This document shows, one piece after another, positions 51,067 to 60,819 of a stretch of DNA of 64,000 bases. Made by a program: the position numbers and the translations under genes. The notes below the pieces were generated by a model. That model saw only the letters and a list, made by a program, of their open reading frames with translations, ran no database searches and was not told the DNA's origin. Positions within the stretch are counted from its first letter, which is position 1, and each line of letters opens with the position of its first letter. The DNA comes from Planctomycetota bacterium (GTDB lineage: Bacteria; Planctomycetota; UBA1135): positions 72,272 through 136,271 of the forward strand of contig JAPKBM010000001.1 in NCBI GenBank assembly GCA_026421205.1, given 5' to 3'.

Positions 51067-51114
51067 GGTTGGAATACCTGGGTCAAATCAAGGAAGTGCC
51101 CCACAGTCAATCAT

Positions 51115-51153
51115 AGCGCTTAATGAGCACTAATTTAGTGCTCATTAAGCGCT
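51115..51153. repeat. Perfect 19-bp inverted repeat with 1-nt spacer over the mutS 3' end
   Basis: AGCGCTTAATGAGCACTAA-T-TTAGTGCTCATTAAGCGCT. Confidence 0.95.
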
Positions 51154-53861
51154 TTTCGAATGCGGGCGAGCCATTTCCAGGCTGAAATCGGCGTAACTTC
51201 ATTGATATCAAGAGTTTGCAACTCATTCGCAAGCTCGGAGTCTGCCGAATCTAGCCGGTCAAAAAGCCCTAATTGCAGGTCGTTGAGCTTTTCCTGCACA
51301 TGGGGCTGAACTTCATGGGCGGCCAAAATACGCTCACTCATGCCCTCCTCATCCTTCTCCAGCCTTTGAAGGACCGCCCGGGAACGGTCCAAAACCTGTG
51401 GAGGAAGCCCCGCAAGCCTTGCCACATGAATCCCGTAGCTCCGATCTGTTCCGCCCTCTTCAATCCGGTGAAGAAAAACAATTTCTTCTCCCCACTCCCG
51501 CACGGCCACGTTGAGATTTTTAGCATGAACCAAGCCCGCGGCAAGATCGGTCAAAGGATGGTAATGCGTTGCAAATAAACACCGCGATTCCAACTGATCA
51601 TGCACGTACTCACAAACAGCCCATGCAATAGCAAGTCCATCAAAAGTGGAAGTGCCACGGCCGACTTCGTCCAACAAGAGCAAGGAGCGCGAAGAAGCAT
51701 TGCGCAAAATATTTGCGGTCTCCACCATTTCCACCATGAAGGTCGATGCTCCACGAGAAATATCGTCCCCACCACCAAGGCGCGTAAAAATGCGGTCAGC
51801 CAAACTCATCTCTACTTTTTCCGCCGGCACAAAAGAACCCATTTGCGCCATCAATACAATGAGGGCTGTTTGGCGCAGATAGGTTGATTTTCCACTCATA
51901 TTTGGACCCGTCAAGACAGCAAGATAGGAATCCTCCTGAAAGGACGTGTTGTTTGGGACAAAAGGATCATCCTGCAATGCGGACTCCACAACCGGATGGC
52001 GCCCCCCTTGAATCTGCAGCTCTTGGTCTCCGCCAACAAACCTTGGCCTCACATAGTTTCTTGAAACGGCAACGGAAGCGAGAGAGGTGAACACATCGAG
52101 GCGCGCAACCGCTTGCGCCGTCTTCAATGCGCGATGCGCCTGCGCCGCGGCCTCAGTCCGCAACTCCACAACAATTTGATACTCCAAATCTTTTTGTTTT
52201 TCTTCTGCCCCTAAAACTTTTCCCTCATACTCTTTCAGCTCTTCCGTGATGTAACGCTCTGCGTTTTTCAAGGTCTGCTTCCGAATGTAATGACTGGGAA
52301 CTAAGGCCTTATGTGTATTGGTCACCTCAAGGTAATAACCAAAAACGCGGTTAAACCCAATTTTTAAACTCGAGATTCCCGTGCGCTCTGTTTCTATGCG
52401 CTGCAAACGCACCAGGTAATCCTTTCCGCCCTTTGCCAGGGCTCGGTATTCGTCAAGCTCATCTGAAAAACCAGACTGCACAAGGTCCCCATCGGTCAAT
52501 GACAAGGGCGGATTCTCTACCAACGTGCTCTGAACACGCCGCACAAAGCCCTCCACTCCATCTAAGTGGCTGGCTAAATCCATAAGAGCCTGTGCGCCCG
52601 TTCCCTGAAGAGCCTCTTGAAGAATCGGAACTTTTTGTAGCGCATTCGCCAAAGCCACCATGTCTCGCGCATTCGCCCGATGGTTCGCCGCACGTGCACC
52701 CAAGCGCTCAAGATCCCCAAGGCCGTCTAAAGAATCAACCAGTGACCGACGGATTTCCACGTGACTGACCAACTCCGATACTGCTTCATGGCGAACCTCA
52801 ATCGCTGCCTGGTCCACCAGGGGCTCCAGTAACCAGTCCCGCAACATACGCCCGCCCATAGGCGTCCCCGTTTGATCCAAAACAGAAAGCAAAGTCCCGT
52901 CGCTGGACCCATCGGCCTGGGAACGCGTAATCTCCAAAGTCCGACGAGTTGCTTGATCCAATACAAGATGCTGGCTCCTGCGATGCAACTGCAAATCTCT
53001 AATTTGCGCGAGCGTGCTTTTTTGAGTGTCCTTCAAAAAAGTAAGTAAGCCACCACACGCAGCCAAAACCTCGGGAAGTTCCTCCACGCCAAATGCATCC
53101 AACGTTTTTGTGCCCAGCTGTTCACATAAATCTCGCCGCCCACGGGGCGCGTCAAAAGACCATGGCGCGCGAAGGGCAACCGGAATATTTTCACGGTGTG
53201 CTTGCTTCTGCAATTCACGAAGCATCGGCATGAGCGCGTCCGACTCCGCCAAATCTGGAAGCAAAATTTCTGCCGCACCAATTCGCGCAAGCTCTTCTCC
53301 GAAGCGAGAAACTGTGGTGGAAGCGCAACGAAAGACGCCCGTGGTAAGGTCGGCCCATGCCAAGCCAAGGGGATGGGAATCCAGCGCGGCTTGTTTTTTC
53401 TTCGGTTTTTCCAAATGCACCGCAAGAACAAAAAGCGGCTCATTGTTCGCCAGGCTTTCATCCTCGATCAGAGTTCCTGGAGAAACCACACGAACAACAT
53501 CTCTCTCTACAATTCCCTTCACCTCTTTTGGGTCTTGCATCTGTTCACAAATCGCCACGGTATGCCCCGCCTTAACGAGCTTGATTAAATAGCCCTCCAT
53601 AGATCGAACCGGAACCCCCGCCATCGGCAAATCTTTTTCCTTAGAGCGTGACGTCAGCGTCAGCCCCAAGGCTTTAGCCCCAACTTTGGCATCCTCCTCA
53701 AACATCTCATAAAAGTCCCCCATCCGGAAAAACAGGATTGCTTCGGGATGCTTGGCTTTAGCCGCGTGAAATTGACGCATCATGGGCGTCTCTTGCACCG
53801 GTTTTTTTGCAGGGGATGGCTTCGGATTCAAAACAAGATAGAGCAGGGTAATTCTATCCAA
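51135..53861 (-). CDS. mutS: DNA mismatch repair protein MutS
   Basis: TPMMRQF, FRMGDFYE, GPNMSGKS, STFMVE, DEVGRGTS, FATHY, SYGIHVA; true start probably somewhat downstream of 53861. Confidence 0.97.
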   Translation of the reverse strand: MDRITLLYLVLNPKPSPAKKPVQETPMMRQFHAAKAKHPEAILFFRMGDFYEMFEEDAKVGAKALGLTLTSRSKEKDLPMAGVPVRSMEGYLIKLVKAGHTVAICEQMQDPKEVKGIVERDVVRVVSPGTLIEDESLANNEPLFVLAVHLEKPKKKQAALDSHPLGLAWADLTTGVFRCASTTVSRFGEELARIGAAEILLPDLAESDALMPMLRELQKQAHRENIPVALRAPWSFDAPRGRRDLCEQLGTKTLDAFGVEELPEVLAACGGLLTFLKDTQKSTLAQIRDLQLHRRSQHLVLDQATRRTLEITRSQADGSSDGTLLSVLDQTGTPMGGRMLRDWLLEPLVDQAAIEVRHEAVSELVSHVEIRRSLVDSLDGLGDLERLGARAANHRANARDMVALANALQKVPILQEALQGTGAQALMDLASHLDGVEGFVRRVQSTLVENPPLSLTDGDLVQSGFSDELDEYRALAKGGKDYLVRLQRIETERTGISSLKIGFNRVFGYYLEVTNTHKALVPSHYIRKQTLKNAERYITEELKEYEGKVLGAEEKQKDLEYQIVVELRTEAAAQAHRALKTAQAVARLDVFTSLASVAVSRNYVRPRFVGGDQELQIQGGRHPVVESALQDDPFVPNNTSFQEDSYLAVLTGPNMSGKSTYLRQTALIVLMAQMGSFVPAEKVEMSLADRIFTRLGGGDDISRGASTFMVEMVETANILRNASSRSLLLLDEVGRGTSTFDGLAIAWAVCEYVHDQLESRCLFATHYHPLTDLAAGLVHAKNLNVAVREWGEEIVFLHRIEEGGTDRSYGIHVARLAGLPPQVLDRSRAVLQRLEKDEEGMSERILAAHEVQPHVQEKLNDLQLGLFDRLDSADSELANELQTLDINEVTPISAWKWLARIRKALNEH

Positions 53862-53903
53862 GCCTTTCCGTAACGCGCGGCTGGCGACGCAATAATCTAA
53901 GCG

Positions 53904-55223
53904 TTGCTTTCCCTCTTTCGCCTTACCCTACTGAGCCTCTGTGCGGCCTGTTCCAGTGCCAGCACCTTTACTGATTATCCAAGTAATATGATTTTCGGCC
54001 TGGACGCCTTTGAAATGGGCGCCTTCGCCGATGCCGCTGATGAATTTCAACTGCTTGCCAGAGAATATGAAAAGGATGCTTTCTTGGGCCACGCCGAAGC
54101 GGGAATGGCTTGGCATGTTCAAGGTGACCTGAAGAAGTCCACCGTTGCCTGGCTTCGCGCCTCAAATGTCCTGGAAACATACAAAGATCGGCCCACAATC
54201 AGCGGGAGGACTGCCACGGAAGGCGTGATGTCAAGCATACTGAATGACAAAAGCCTTTTTTATGACGGAGAAGATTATGAAGTTTCCCTCTTGCATGCAT
54301 TTTTAGCCTGGGACTTTCTCCGCCTTGGGAAGCAAGATGATGCGCTGGTTGAAATCCGCCAGGGTTACCAAATACAAGATGATGCAGAAACTCGCTATGA
54401 GGCAACTTATGGCATGAATCGATTTGCACATTTTCTTGCTGCGGTAATCCAGGAAACCCTTGGGAATTTAGATGACGCCCGCATTGACCTGGAGCGTCTA
54501 TCAAAAAAAATCCCCGAGCATCCCTTTGTGAAAAAAGCTCAGGCCCGCAATGCCGCCCTTCTCCAAGGGAATACGGAAGAAGCCGGAAAGTCTGAAATTT
54601 TCCTCGTCTTTGAACGTGGACGTGTTGCAGAAAAAATGGCTCAAGATTTTTTCTACGAAACAAAACAAAGCGTCGGCCGACTGTCTCTGCCAGTCTTTGG
54701 GTCTCCTCCATCCGCTGCGCATGCCCTTGAGCTCCGCATTGATGGGGAGCCCGTCGGAAAAACGATTCCGCTGGAGCGCGTCTTCAAAGTAGCCAAGGCT
54801 AACCTCAAAGACCGCATAGGATGGATTACTGCAAAGACCATCGGCCGTTCCGCCGCAAAAACACTCTTTGTGGATAAAGCGGCAAAGCATATCGAAAAAA
54901 AGGAAAATGGCGAAGGACTAAGTAATCTCATACGAATCCTAGGAAGCATCGTCGTCCTTGCAACAGAGCGCGCCGATCTCCGCTCTTGGATGACCCTCCC
55001 TCTCTCCATAGACATTCTTCGCCTGCATCTTCCACCAGGGGAATACTCCGCCACCCTTCATCTCGTAGGGGCACCTTCCGGCCGTGAAAATAATTCGTCC
55101 GTAGATTTAGGAATCATCCAATGCAAGGCCGGTGCGCCCGTATGGATGAGTGCCCGCTCCTTAGGTCCTCGTCTTTTTGCCACCGTACACACCCACAACC
55201 CTTTATCCTCTCTTCAGCCATGA
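53904..55223 (+). CDS. COG3014-family TPR-like lipoprotein
   Basis: Lipobox CAAC, YDGEDYE, ADLRSWMTLP; context with YcfL and LpoB. Confidence 0.75.
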   Translation: MLSLFRLTLLSLCAACSSASTFTDYPSNMIFGLDAFEMGAFADAADEFQLLAREYEKDAFLGHAEAGMAWHVQGDLKKSTVAWLRASNVLETYKDRPTISGRTATEGVMSSILNDKSLFYDGEDYEVSLLHAFLAWDFLRLGKQDDALVEIRQGYQIQDDAETRYEATYGMNRFAHFLAAVIQETLGNLDDARIDLERLSKKIPEHPFVKKAQARNAALLQGNTEEAGKSEIFLVFERGRVAEKMAQDFFYETKQSVGRLSLPVFGSPPSAAHALELRIDGEPVGKTIPLERVFKVAKANLKDRIGWITAKTIGRSAAKTLFVDKAAKHIEKKENGEGLSNLIRILGSIVVLATERADLRSWMTLPLSIDILRLHLPPGEYSATLHLVGAPSGRENNSSVDLGIIQCKAGAPVWMSARSLGPRLFATVHTHNPLSSLQP

Positions 55224-55603
55224 AGCCGCTCCTCACCTTACTCTGTCTTTTTTCCTCCTGCTCTTCTGTCGGAATTGAAGACGGCCCTCTTTCTGGGCTG
55301 ACGCACTCCACAGGTGACGCAGAGCACGTTATAGAGCTCGGCCAAGAACGCGTCCGGTTTAATGACCTCGGCCTTGCCGCTTATCAGGTCATTCTAAAAA
55401 ACACTACGGCAAAGAGACTTGTATTGGAATACCGGGCACGCTGGTTTGACCAAGATGGCATAGAGCTCACCGACGTCACGCGTTCTTGGAAGCCACTCAT
55501 CCTTGATGGGCATGCCTCACGTCCGGTCCACTCGCTGTCGCCCAACGCCAAAGGCGTCCACTGCGAACTTAAGGTTCGCCTTCACCAGCCCATGAGCGGA
55601 TGA
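55220..55603 (+). CDS. YcfL/DUF1425-like lipoprotein
   Basis: Lipobox FSSC; LEYRARWFDQDG..W. Confidence 0.75.
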   Translation: MKPLLTLLCLFSSCSSVGIEDGPLSGLTHSTGDAEHVIELGQERVRFNDLGLAAYQVILKNTTAKRLVLEYRARWFDQDGIELTDVTRSWKPLILDGHASRPVHSLSPNAKGVHCELKVRLHQPMSG

Positions 55604-55998
55604 AATACGCGCTCCTTCTTCTTAGCATCTTCCCTGCGTGCTCCAGTACATCAGCGAAAGATGAAATGGTTCTCGCCGGGGAATCTGTGGACATTCGCGC
55701 GGAAATTCAAGTGGACGGAAAGGGTATTGAGGCCACAGAAACCATGGTTCGCGGAAAAGACGGACGAGTTACTGCGCAATTCCATTTGCGAAACCTGCGC
55801 AGTCAATCCGTTCGAGTTCGAGTTTCTTGGGCCTGGAAAGATGCCGACGGCATGGCCCTTCGTGCCGCAACCGGCGGCAAAGGATTTCGGACTCTTCTGC
55901 TCCGCCCGGATCAACCAGAAACCATTACATTACTGTCACCCACGCAAACTGCGGTGGAAGCCCTTATTCACGTTCAAGCCCTGGACACCTCATCATGA
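55600..55998 (+). CDS. Second YcfL/DUF1425-like lipoprotein
   Basis: Lipobox FPAC; LRN..VSWAWKDADG..SP. Confidence 0.6.
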   Translation: MKYALLLLSIFPACSSTSAKDEMVLAGESVDIRAEIQVDGKGIEATETMVRGKDGRVTAQFHLRNLRSQSVRVRVSWAWKDADGMALRAATGGKGFRTLLLRPDQPETITLLSPTQTAVEALIHVQALDTSS

Positions 55999-56579
55999 AA
56001 CACGCTCGCACTCTTTTCTGTTTTGTCGCCTTATCTTTGGCTGTCCCCGCATGCTCCGACGTGGTCACCTATGAAGACCCAGAGCAGGTCGAAACGATGA
56101 CTGCAAAATTTGGCTTCACGGACCTCAAGCTCATTGCGCAATCGATGACGCAATCCTTCTTGGGGTCGGACTCTTGGGGCGGCGATCGACCTCGCATTGT
56201 TTTTGGCGGATTCCGCAATAGAACGAGTGAACATATTGATATCAGCAATGTCACAGACACCATTCGCACCTCATTAGTTCAATCACAACAATTTCATATT
56301 CTTGCCGGCGACGTCGGGATTTTGGAAATTCAAAAAGAACTGGACTATCAACAATCAGGAACGGTAGACCAAGCTCTTGCAGTAGAGCTGGGTAAACAAA
56401 TGGGAGCTGAATTTGTCTTTTACGGGGCTCTTACGGACATTAACAAAGAAAAAGGTTCCACGGAAGCGGTTTGGTTTAAATTCAACATGAGCGCCGTAAA
56501 CGTCCAAACCAGAGAAATTATCTGGCAGGCGGAAGAAACCATTGCGAAGAAAAAGGAAAAGTCCTTTTTCGGCTGGTAA
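55995..56579 (+). CDS. lpoB: LpoB-like lipoprotein (PBP activator family)
   Basis: Lipobox VPAC; FGFTDL, NRTSEHID, LGKQMGA, IIW. Confidence 0.78.
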   Translation: MKHARTLFCFVALSLAVPACSDVVTYEDPEQVETMTAKFGFTDLKLIAQSMTQSFLGSDSWGGDRPRIVFGGFRNRTSEHIDISNVTDTIRTSLVQSQQFHILAGDVGILEIQKELDYQQSGTVDQALAVELGKQMGAEFVFYGALTDINKEKGSTEAVWFKFNMSAVNVQTREIIWQAEETIAKKKEKSFFGW

Positions 56580-56622
56580 GCGTAGAATGTAGGGCCAACG
56601 CGGCCCTTCATCCCACGGAAAC

Positions 56623-57858
56623 ATGGAACTTCAAAATATTATTTTCACCGACGCACACAAAGAAGTGCGCGAAAAAGCTCGCACCATTGCCATTGAACTT
56701 TTGCTGCCTCACGCGGCAAAACATGACAAAGAGGAAAGCTACAACGAGGCCGCGATGGCGGAAGCCGCCAAGCAAGGGCTCTTGGGCACTTGGATTCCGA
56801 AAGAGTACGGCGGCTCTGGCGTTGGAATTTTAGGCCTCGCCCTTGTAGTTGAAGAACTCTCAAAGTGCGACCCGGCCTTCGGCGTGGCCTTTGCCGTAAA
56901 TGCCCTAGGCTCTATTCCTCTCATCATAGGCGGCACTGAGGATCAAAAAAATACGTATCTCCCTAAGGTCGCCTCTGGCGAATACGCTTGCGCCTTTGCC
57001 CTTTCAGAAAAGTTCGCGGGCTCCGACGCCGGCGGCTTATCGGTACGTGCAGAGCAAGAGGAAGGAGGGTGGCGTATTTTCGGGGAAAAAAAATGGACGA
57101 CAAATGGCTCCCGCGCGGATCTTATTACTTGTTTTGCCGTTACAGATCCGAAGTCCCGGTCTCGTCGTATTTCAGCTTTCATCGTGAAAAACACAGACGA
57201 GGGTTTTTCCATTCGCCTTGACGAAGACAAGATGGGCATCCGGTCGGTACCCGTCAGTGAAACCGTATTCAATGGTGTCTTTGTCCCCGACGATCGCCTC
57301 TTAGGAGAGCGAGCGGGCCTTGGATTCAAGCACAGCATGATGACTTTGGATTGGGCAAGGCCTGGCGTTGCGGCACAAGCCGTAGGCACCGCTGCTGGTG
57401 CTTTAGACTTAGCCGTCACTTATGCCACACAACGCAAACAATTCAGCAAGCCCATTGTCAGTTTTCAAATGGTTCAAGCCATGCTTGCGGACATGGCTAC
57501 GGAGACCGAGGCAGCGCGCTGGTTGAACTATCAAACCGCGGCCCTTGCCGACGCCGGCAAATCGGTTTCCAAAATTGCTGCCATGAGCAAATGCTTTGCC
57601 ACAGATACTGCCGTAAAGGTGGCCACGGACGCGGTGCAAATTTTCGGCGGGTACGGCTTCATGGAAAATTATCCAGTTGCCAAGTACTACCGTGACGCCA
57701 AGATTCTTCAAATTTATGAAGGTACGAATCAAGTGCAACGTCTCATCATTGCTCGAAACTTGGTCAAAGAAGCTGGAAAGATGGAACACTACACCAGCGT
57801 CATTCCAAAGGAAACACAAGAAGCCTTCGGCGGCGAACTTGTCGGCGGAAACTGCTAG
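56623..57858 (+). CDS. Acyl-CoA dehydrogenase
   Basis: FALSE..AGSD, GEKKWTTNG, RKQF, QIFGGYG, IYEGTNQVQR. Confidence 0.95.
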   Translation: MELQNIIFTDAHKEVREKARTIAIELLLPHAAKHDKEESYNEAAMAEAAKQGLLGTWIPKEYGGSGVGILGLALVVEELSKCDPAFGVAFAVNALGSIPLIIGGTEDQKNTYLPKVASGEYACAFALSEKFAGSDAGGLSVRAEQEEGGWRIFGEKKWTTNGSRADLITCFAVTDPKSRSRRISAFIVKNTDEGFSIRLDEDKMGIRSVPVSETVFNGVFVPDDRLLGERAGLGFKHSMMTLDWARPGVAAQAVGTAAGALDLAVTYATQRKQFSKPIVSFQMVQAMLADMATETEAARWLNYQTAALADAGKSVSKIAAMSKCFATDTAVKVATDAVQIFGGYGFMENYPVAKYYRDAKILQIYEGTNQVQRLIIARNLVKEAGKMEHYTSVIPKETQEAFGGELVGGNC

Positions 57859-57868
57859 GACCTAACCT

Positions 57869-58831
57869 TCAAAGCCTTTCGGACATCTGAGAGGGATATT
57901 CTCCTACTAGACGCGGGCCCCGTTGCCACTGAACCTCCAATCTGTCTTCAAGGAACCCCCAGATTTCTCCGTCTAATTCCAACGGGACCTGCAAAGGCTC
58001 ATGGGGATCGGGCTCAATCACGATGCGCTCCTCAATCACTTCGGTTTGAACCTTTGGGTGACGAAAGTGCCCTCGTTTCCCGGCCACGGCCATGAGAAAG
58101 AGCGCCTCAAAGCGGGCGAGGTCTCCTCCGAGTAAGTATTGAAGCCCATGAGAAACGGGGCTTTGGCCAGGGGCTGCTGGCAGACCTCCTCCAAAAAAAG
58201 GGCCGTTGCAGATTGCCCCTAAAAAAGTTTTTCGAGAGCAAGACGGCCGGCCGTCGACTGCCGTTTGAATCTGTGGATTCCTCCACCCAAGCGCAGAATA
58301 CAAGGCCCAGAGTTGGTACGAAAGCCCGCCCAGCCAGCCTTTGCCCCCGCCATGCCCCATCTTGTGCACGACTCTTGCCCCAAAGCCAAACGTACAGGCA
58401 TTCAGAAAAAAGCGGGAGGCGTCGGCATGCTGCGCGCGACCTACATGGAGAAGGGAGGACTGAGAAGATTGAAGCTGCTTGAGCGCCGTTGAGAAATTAT
58501 GAATCCCTAGGCCACGAGCAAAATCACTTCCTGTTCCCGCCGGAAGAATCCCCATTTTGACCGGAGCAAACTGGCCAGCCGAGGCATCCCAAAGCCCGTT
58601 TAAAACTTCGTGCGCCGTCCCGTCTCCACCGACAGCCACCACATATTCTGACCCTGCCGCCACTGCCGCTTGGGTCCGTTGTGTTGCCCTTTGTGACAAG
58701 GTTGTTTGCAGGATATTAGCCGTCGGAAAGACCCGCATAATCTCTTTCTCGTGCCGACGCCACCACCTGGCGGCCCGCCCTCCTCCAGCGGCAGGGTTCA
58801 CGAGGAAGGTTGGGGGATTGGGCAACGGCAC
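57869..58831 (-). CDS. Diacylglycerol/lipid kinase family (YegS/BmrU-like)
   Basis: VNPAAG, GGDGTAHEV, PAGTGSDFA, LDGE. Confidence 0.9.
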   Translation of the reverse strand: MPLPNPPTFLVNPAAGGGRAARWWRRHEKEIMRVFPTANILQTTLSQRATQRTQAAVAAGSEYVVAVGGDGTAHEVLNGLWDASAGQFAPVKMGILPAGTGSDFARGLGIHNFSTALKQLQSSQSSLLHVGRAQHADASRFFLNACTFGFGARVVHKMGHGGGKGWLGGLSYQLWALYSALGWRNPQIQTAVDGRPSCSRKTFLGAICNGPFFGGGLPAAPGQSPVSHGLQYLLGGDLARFEALFLMAVAGKRGHFRHPKVQTEVIEERIVIEPDPHEPLQVPLELDGEIWGFLEDRLEVQWQRGPRLVGEYPSQMSERL

Positions 58832-58853
58832 CCTCAGACGCTACCCTCTTCGA
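58832..58853. promoter_or_regulatory. Candidate bidirectional leaderless promoter
   Basis: + TACCCT (58842-58847) and - TAGCGT (58843-58838), each 6 nt from a start codon. Confidence 0.6.
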
Positions 58854-60818
58854 ATGGCCCTATTCCAAAAAGCTCCTGCCACCGCTGAAGAAGCCGCTCA
58901 ATACGGACCTTTGGATATCAATCCGGACCAAGTCCTCGAAATGGACGAGGCCGAATGGTACGAAAAAGTGTACCGCGGGGAGCATGTTCCCCAGCTCACC
59001 GTGCGCGCTGTTTTGATGGGGTCTTTCCTGGGCTTTCTCCTGGCTTTCACCAATCTTTACATCGGCTTGAAAACAGGGTGGGCACTGGGCGTAGCTATTA
59101 CGGCGTGCATCCTTTCTTATTCCATCTGGAATTTTTTCCAAAAAACGGGGCTTGCCAAGTCCCCCATGACCATTTTGGAAAACAACTGCATGCAGTCCAC
59201 GGCGTCGGCGGCCGGCTATTCCACGGGTGGCACCATGGTCTCTGCCATTGCCGCGCTTCTTTTGCTTTCCGTCACCCCGGAAAACCCCAAAGGGGAACAT
59301 ATGGGCTGGGTGGTCTTGGCCACTTGGACCATTTTCCTTGCCGCCTTCGGCACCGTGCTCGCCATTCCCTTGAAGCGGAACATGATCAACAAAGAGAGGT
59401 TGAAGTTCCCCTCCGGCACCGCAGCGGCGGTCACCTTGCAGTCTCTCTATTCCGAAGGCGATGTGGCAATCAAAAAAGCGCGTGCCATGTTCACAGCGGC
59501 GGGCATCGGCGCAATCTTCCCCATTCTTATTGAATTGAAAATCAAAGCTGGGGAAGGACTGATTGCCGCAGAATGGCACATCTTTGATTGGTTTACGGCA
59601 CCCGGCTCCTACAAGCCGTCGGACTGGACCATGGTTTGGGATGTCAACCCCGTCATGATCGCCGCAGGAAAACTTGTCGGCATGCGAATCGGAATTTACA
59701 TGCTCATCGGCGGACTGGCCCTCATTTTTGGTATAGGAGATTGGGGCCTCAGTGCCGACGCCTTCACCACGCCGGGGGGAGATGAGGTTTACGCCATCAG
59801 CAAACCATGGAAAGCTTGGAAGGAACTCGGCCTTTGGCTGGGCGTGCCCATCATGCTTTCTTACGGGCTTCTTCAATTTTTCGCCCAGTGGAAGACCATT
59901 GTCCGCGCCATTAGCAGCTTGAAAGGTGGAGGAAGTTCCGAAGCCGACGCGAAAGCTGCGGAAACCGAAGTCCCCTTCTCATGGTTTGCCGTCCTTTTGA
60001 CGCTTTCCAGCGCAGCGCTGATTTACACCGCCAAGACCTTCTTTGATATTCCCATCCACTTCGGCCTCCTTGCCATTTTCATGACCTTCTTCTTGGCCTT
60101 GGTTGCCGCGCGCGCCACAGGAGAGTCGGACATCACCCCCGTCGGCGCTATGGGGAAAATCATGCAACTTACTTTCGGGACCTTCATCCCGTCGGGCACG
60201 GCCAACTTAATGTCCGCCTCCATCACGGCCAACGGCGCCGGTTGTTGCGCCGACCTCTTGACTGACCTCAAATCTGGCTACCTCTTAGGCGCCAACCCGC
60301 GTCGCCAATTTGTTGCCCAAATGATGGGAATCTTGGCCGGTACCGCGGCCACCGTGACTGGTTTTTATCTCTTGGTGCCCGATGCCACCGCCCTCACCGG
60401 CACGACCTTGGCCGACGGCTCCCATGTCAGCCCAGATTTCCCCGCACCTGCCGCCCAAGCCTGGAAGGCCGTGGCAGAAGTCATGACGGGTGGGGGTTTT
60501 GCCGCCATGCACCCCTTCCACATCATCGCCATTCAATGGGGCCTAGGAATTGGCACGCTCTGTCTCGCCCTGGAAATGATATTCCCAAAGAAAAAAGCCT
60601 GGCTTCCCTCCGCAACTGGATTGGGTCTTGGGCTCATCCTTCCTTTTCAATATCCCCTGTCTATGGCCTTCGGCGCTTTCATCGCTTGGATTTGGGAAAG
60701 GAAAAACAAGGAACACTTCTCCACCTACATGGTGCCGGTTGCTGCCGGCATGATTGCCGGCATCTCCCTGATGGGCGTGCTGGTTGCCCTGGCAAATACG
60801 GTCCTGTTTGCGGACTAA
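58854..60818 (+). CDS. OPT family oligopeptide transporter
   Basis: QLTVRA, YIGLKTG, ENNCMQSTAS, LKFPSGTA, DLKSGYLLGANP, PAA; start moved to 58854. Confidence 0.92.
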   Translation: MALFQKAPATAEEAAQYGPLDINPDQVLEMDEAEWYEKVYRGEHVPQLTVRAVLMGSFLGFLLAFTNLYIGLKTGWALGVAITACILSYSIWNFFQKTGLAKSPMTILENNCMQSTASAAGYSTGGTMVSAIAALLLLSVTPENPKGEHMGWVVLATWTIFLAAFGTVLAIPLKRNMINKERLKFPSGTAAAVTLQSLYSEGDVAIKKARAMFTAAGIGAIFPILIELKIKAGEGLIAAEWHIFDWFTAPGSYKPSDWTMVWDVNPVMIAAGKLVGMRIGIYMLIGGLALIFGIGDWGLSADAFTTPGGDEVYAISKPWKAWKELGLWLGVPIMLSYGLLQFFAQWKTIVRAISSLKGGGSSEADAKAAETEVPFSWFAVLLTLSSAALIYTAKTFFDIPIHFGLLAIFMTFFLALVAARATGESDITPVGAMGKIMQLTFGTFIPSGTANLMSASITANGAGCCADLLTDLKSGYLLGANPRRQFVAQMMGILAGTAATVTGFYLLVPDATALTGTTLADGSHVSPDFPAPAAQAWKAVAEVMTGGGFAAMHPFHIIAIQWGLGIGTLCLALEMIFPKKKAWLPSATGLGLGLILPFQYPLSMAFGAFIAWIWERKNKEHFSTYMVPVAAGMIAGISLMGVLVALANTVLFAD

Positions 60819-60819
60819 G

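Noticed and set aside
51067-51114. ATG..TGA in frame with the sigma region-4 ORF, suggesting selenocysteine or read-through
   Set aside because: The TGA is not at a catalytic Cys position, no convincing SECIS is visible, and the extension does not resemble sigma region 3
56591-56607. Small hairpin AGGGCC-AACGC-GGCCCT before the acyl-CoA dehydrogenase
   Set aside because: Only a 6-bp stem with no U-tract; cannot be called a terminator or riboswitch
58860-59876. 338-aa antisense ORF opposite the OPT gene (similarly 3337-4038 and 4449-5135, and the same-strand alternative frame 28175-29032)
   Set aside because: Shadow ORFs of well-supported genes, with no recognisable motifs
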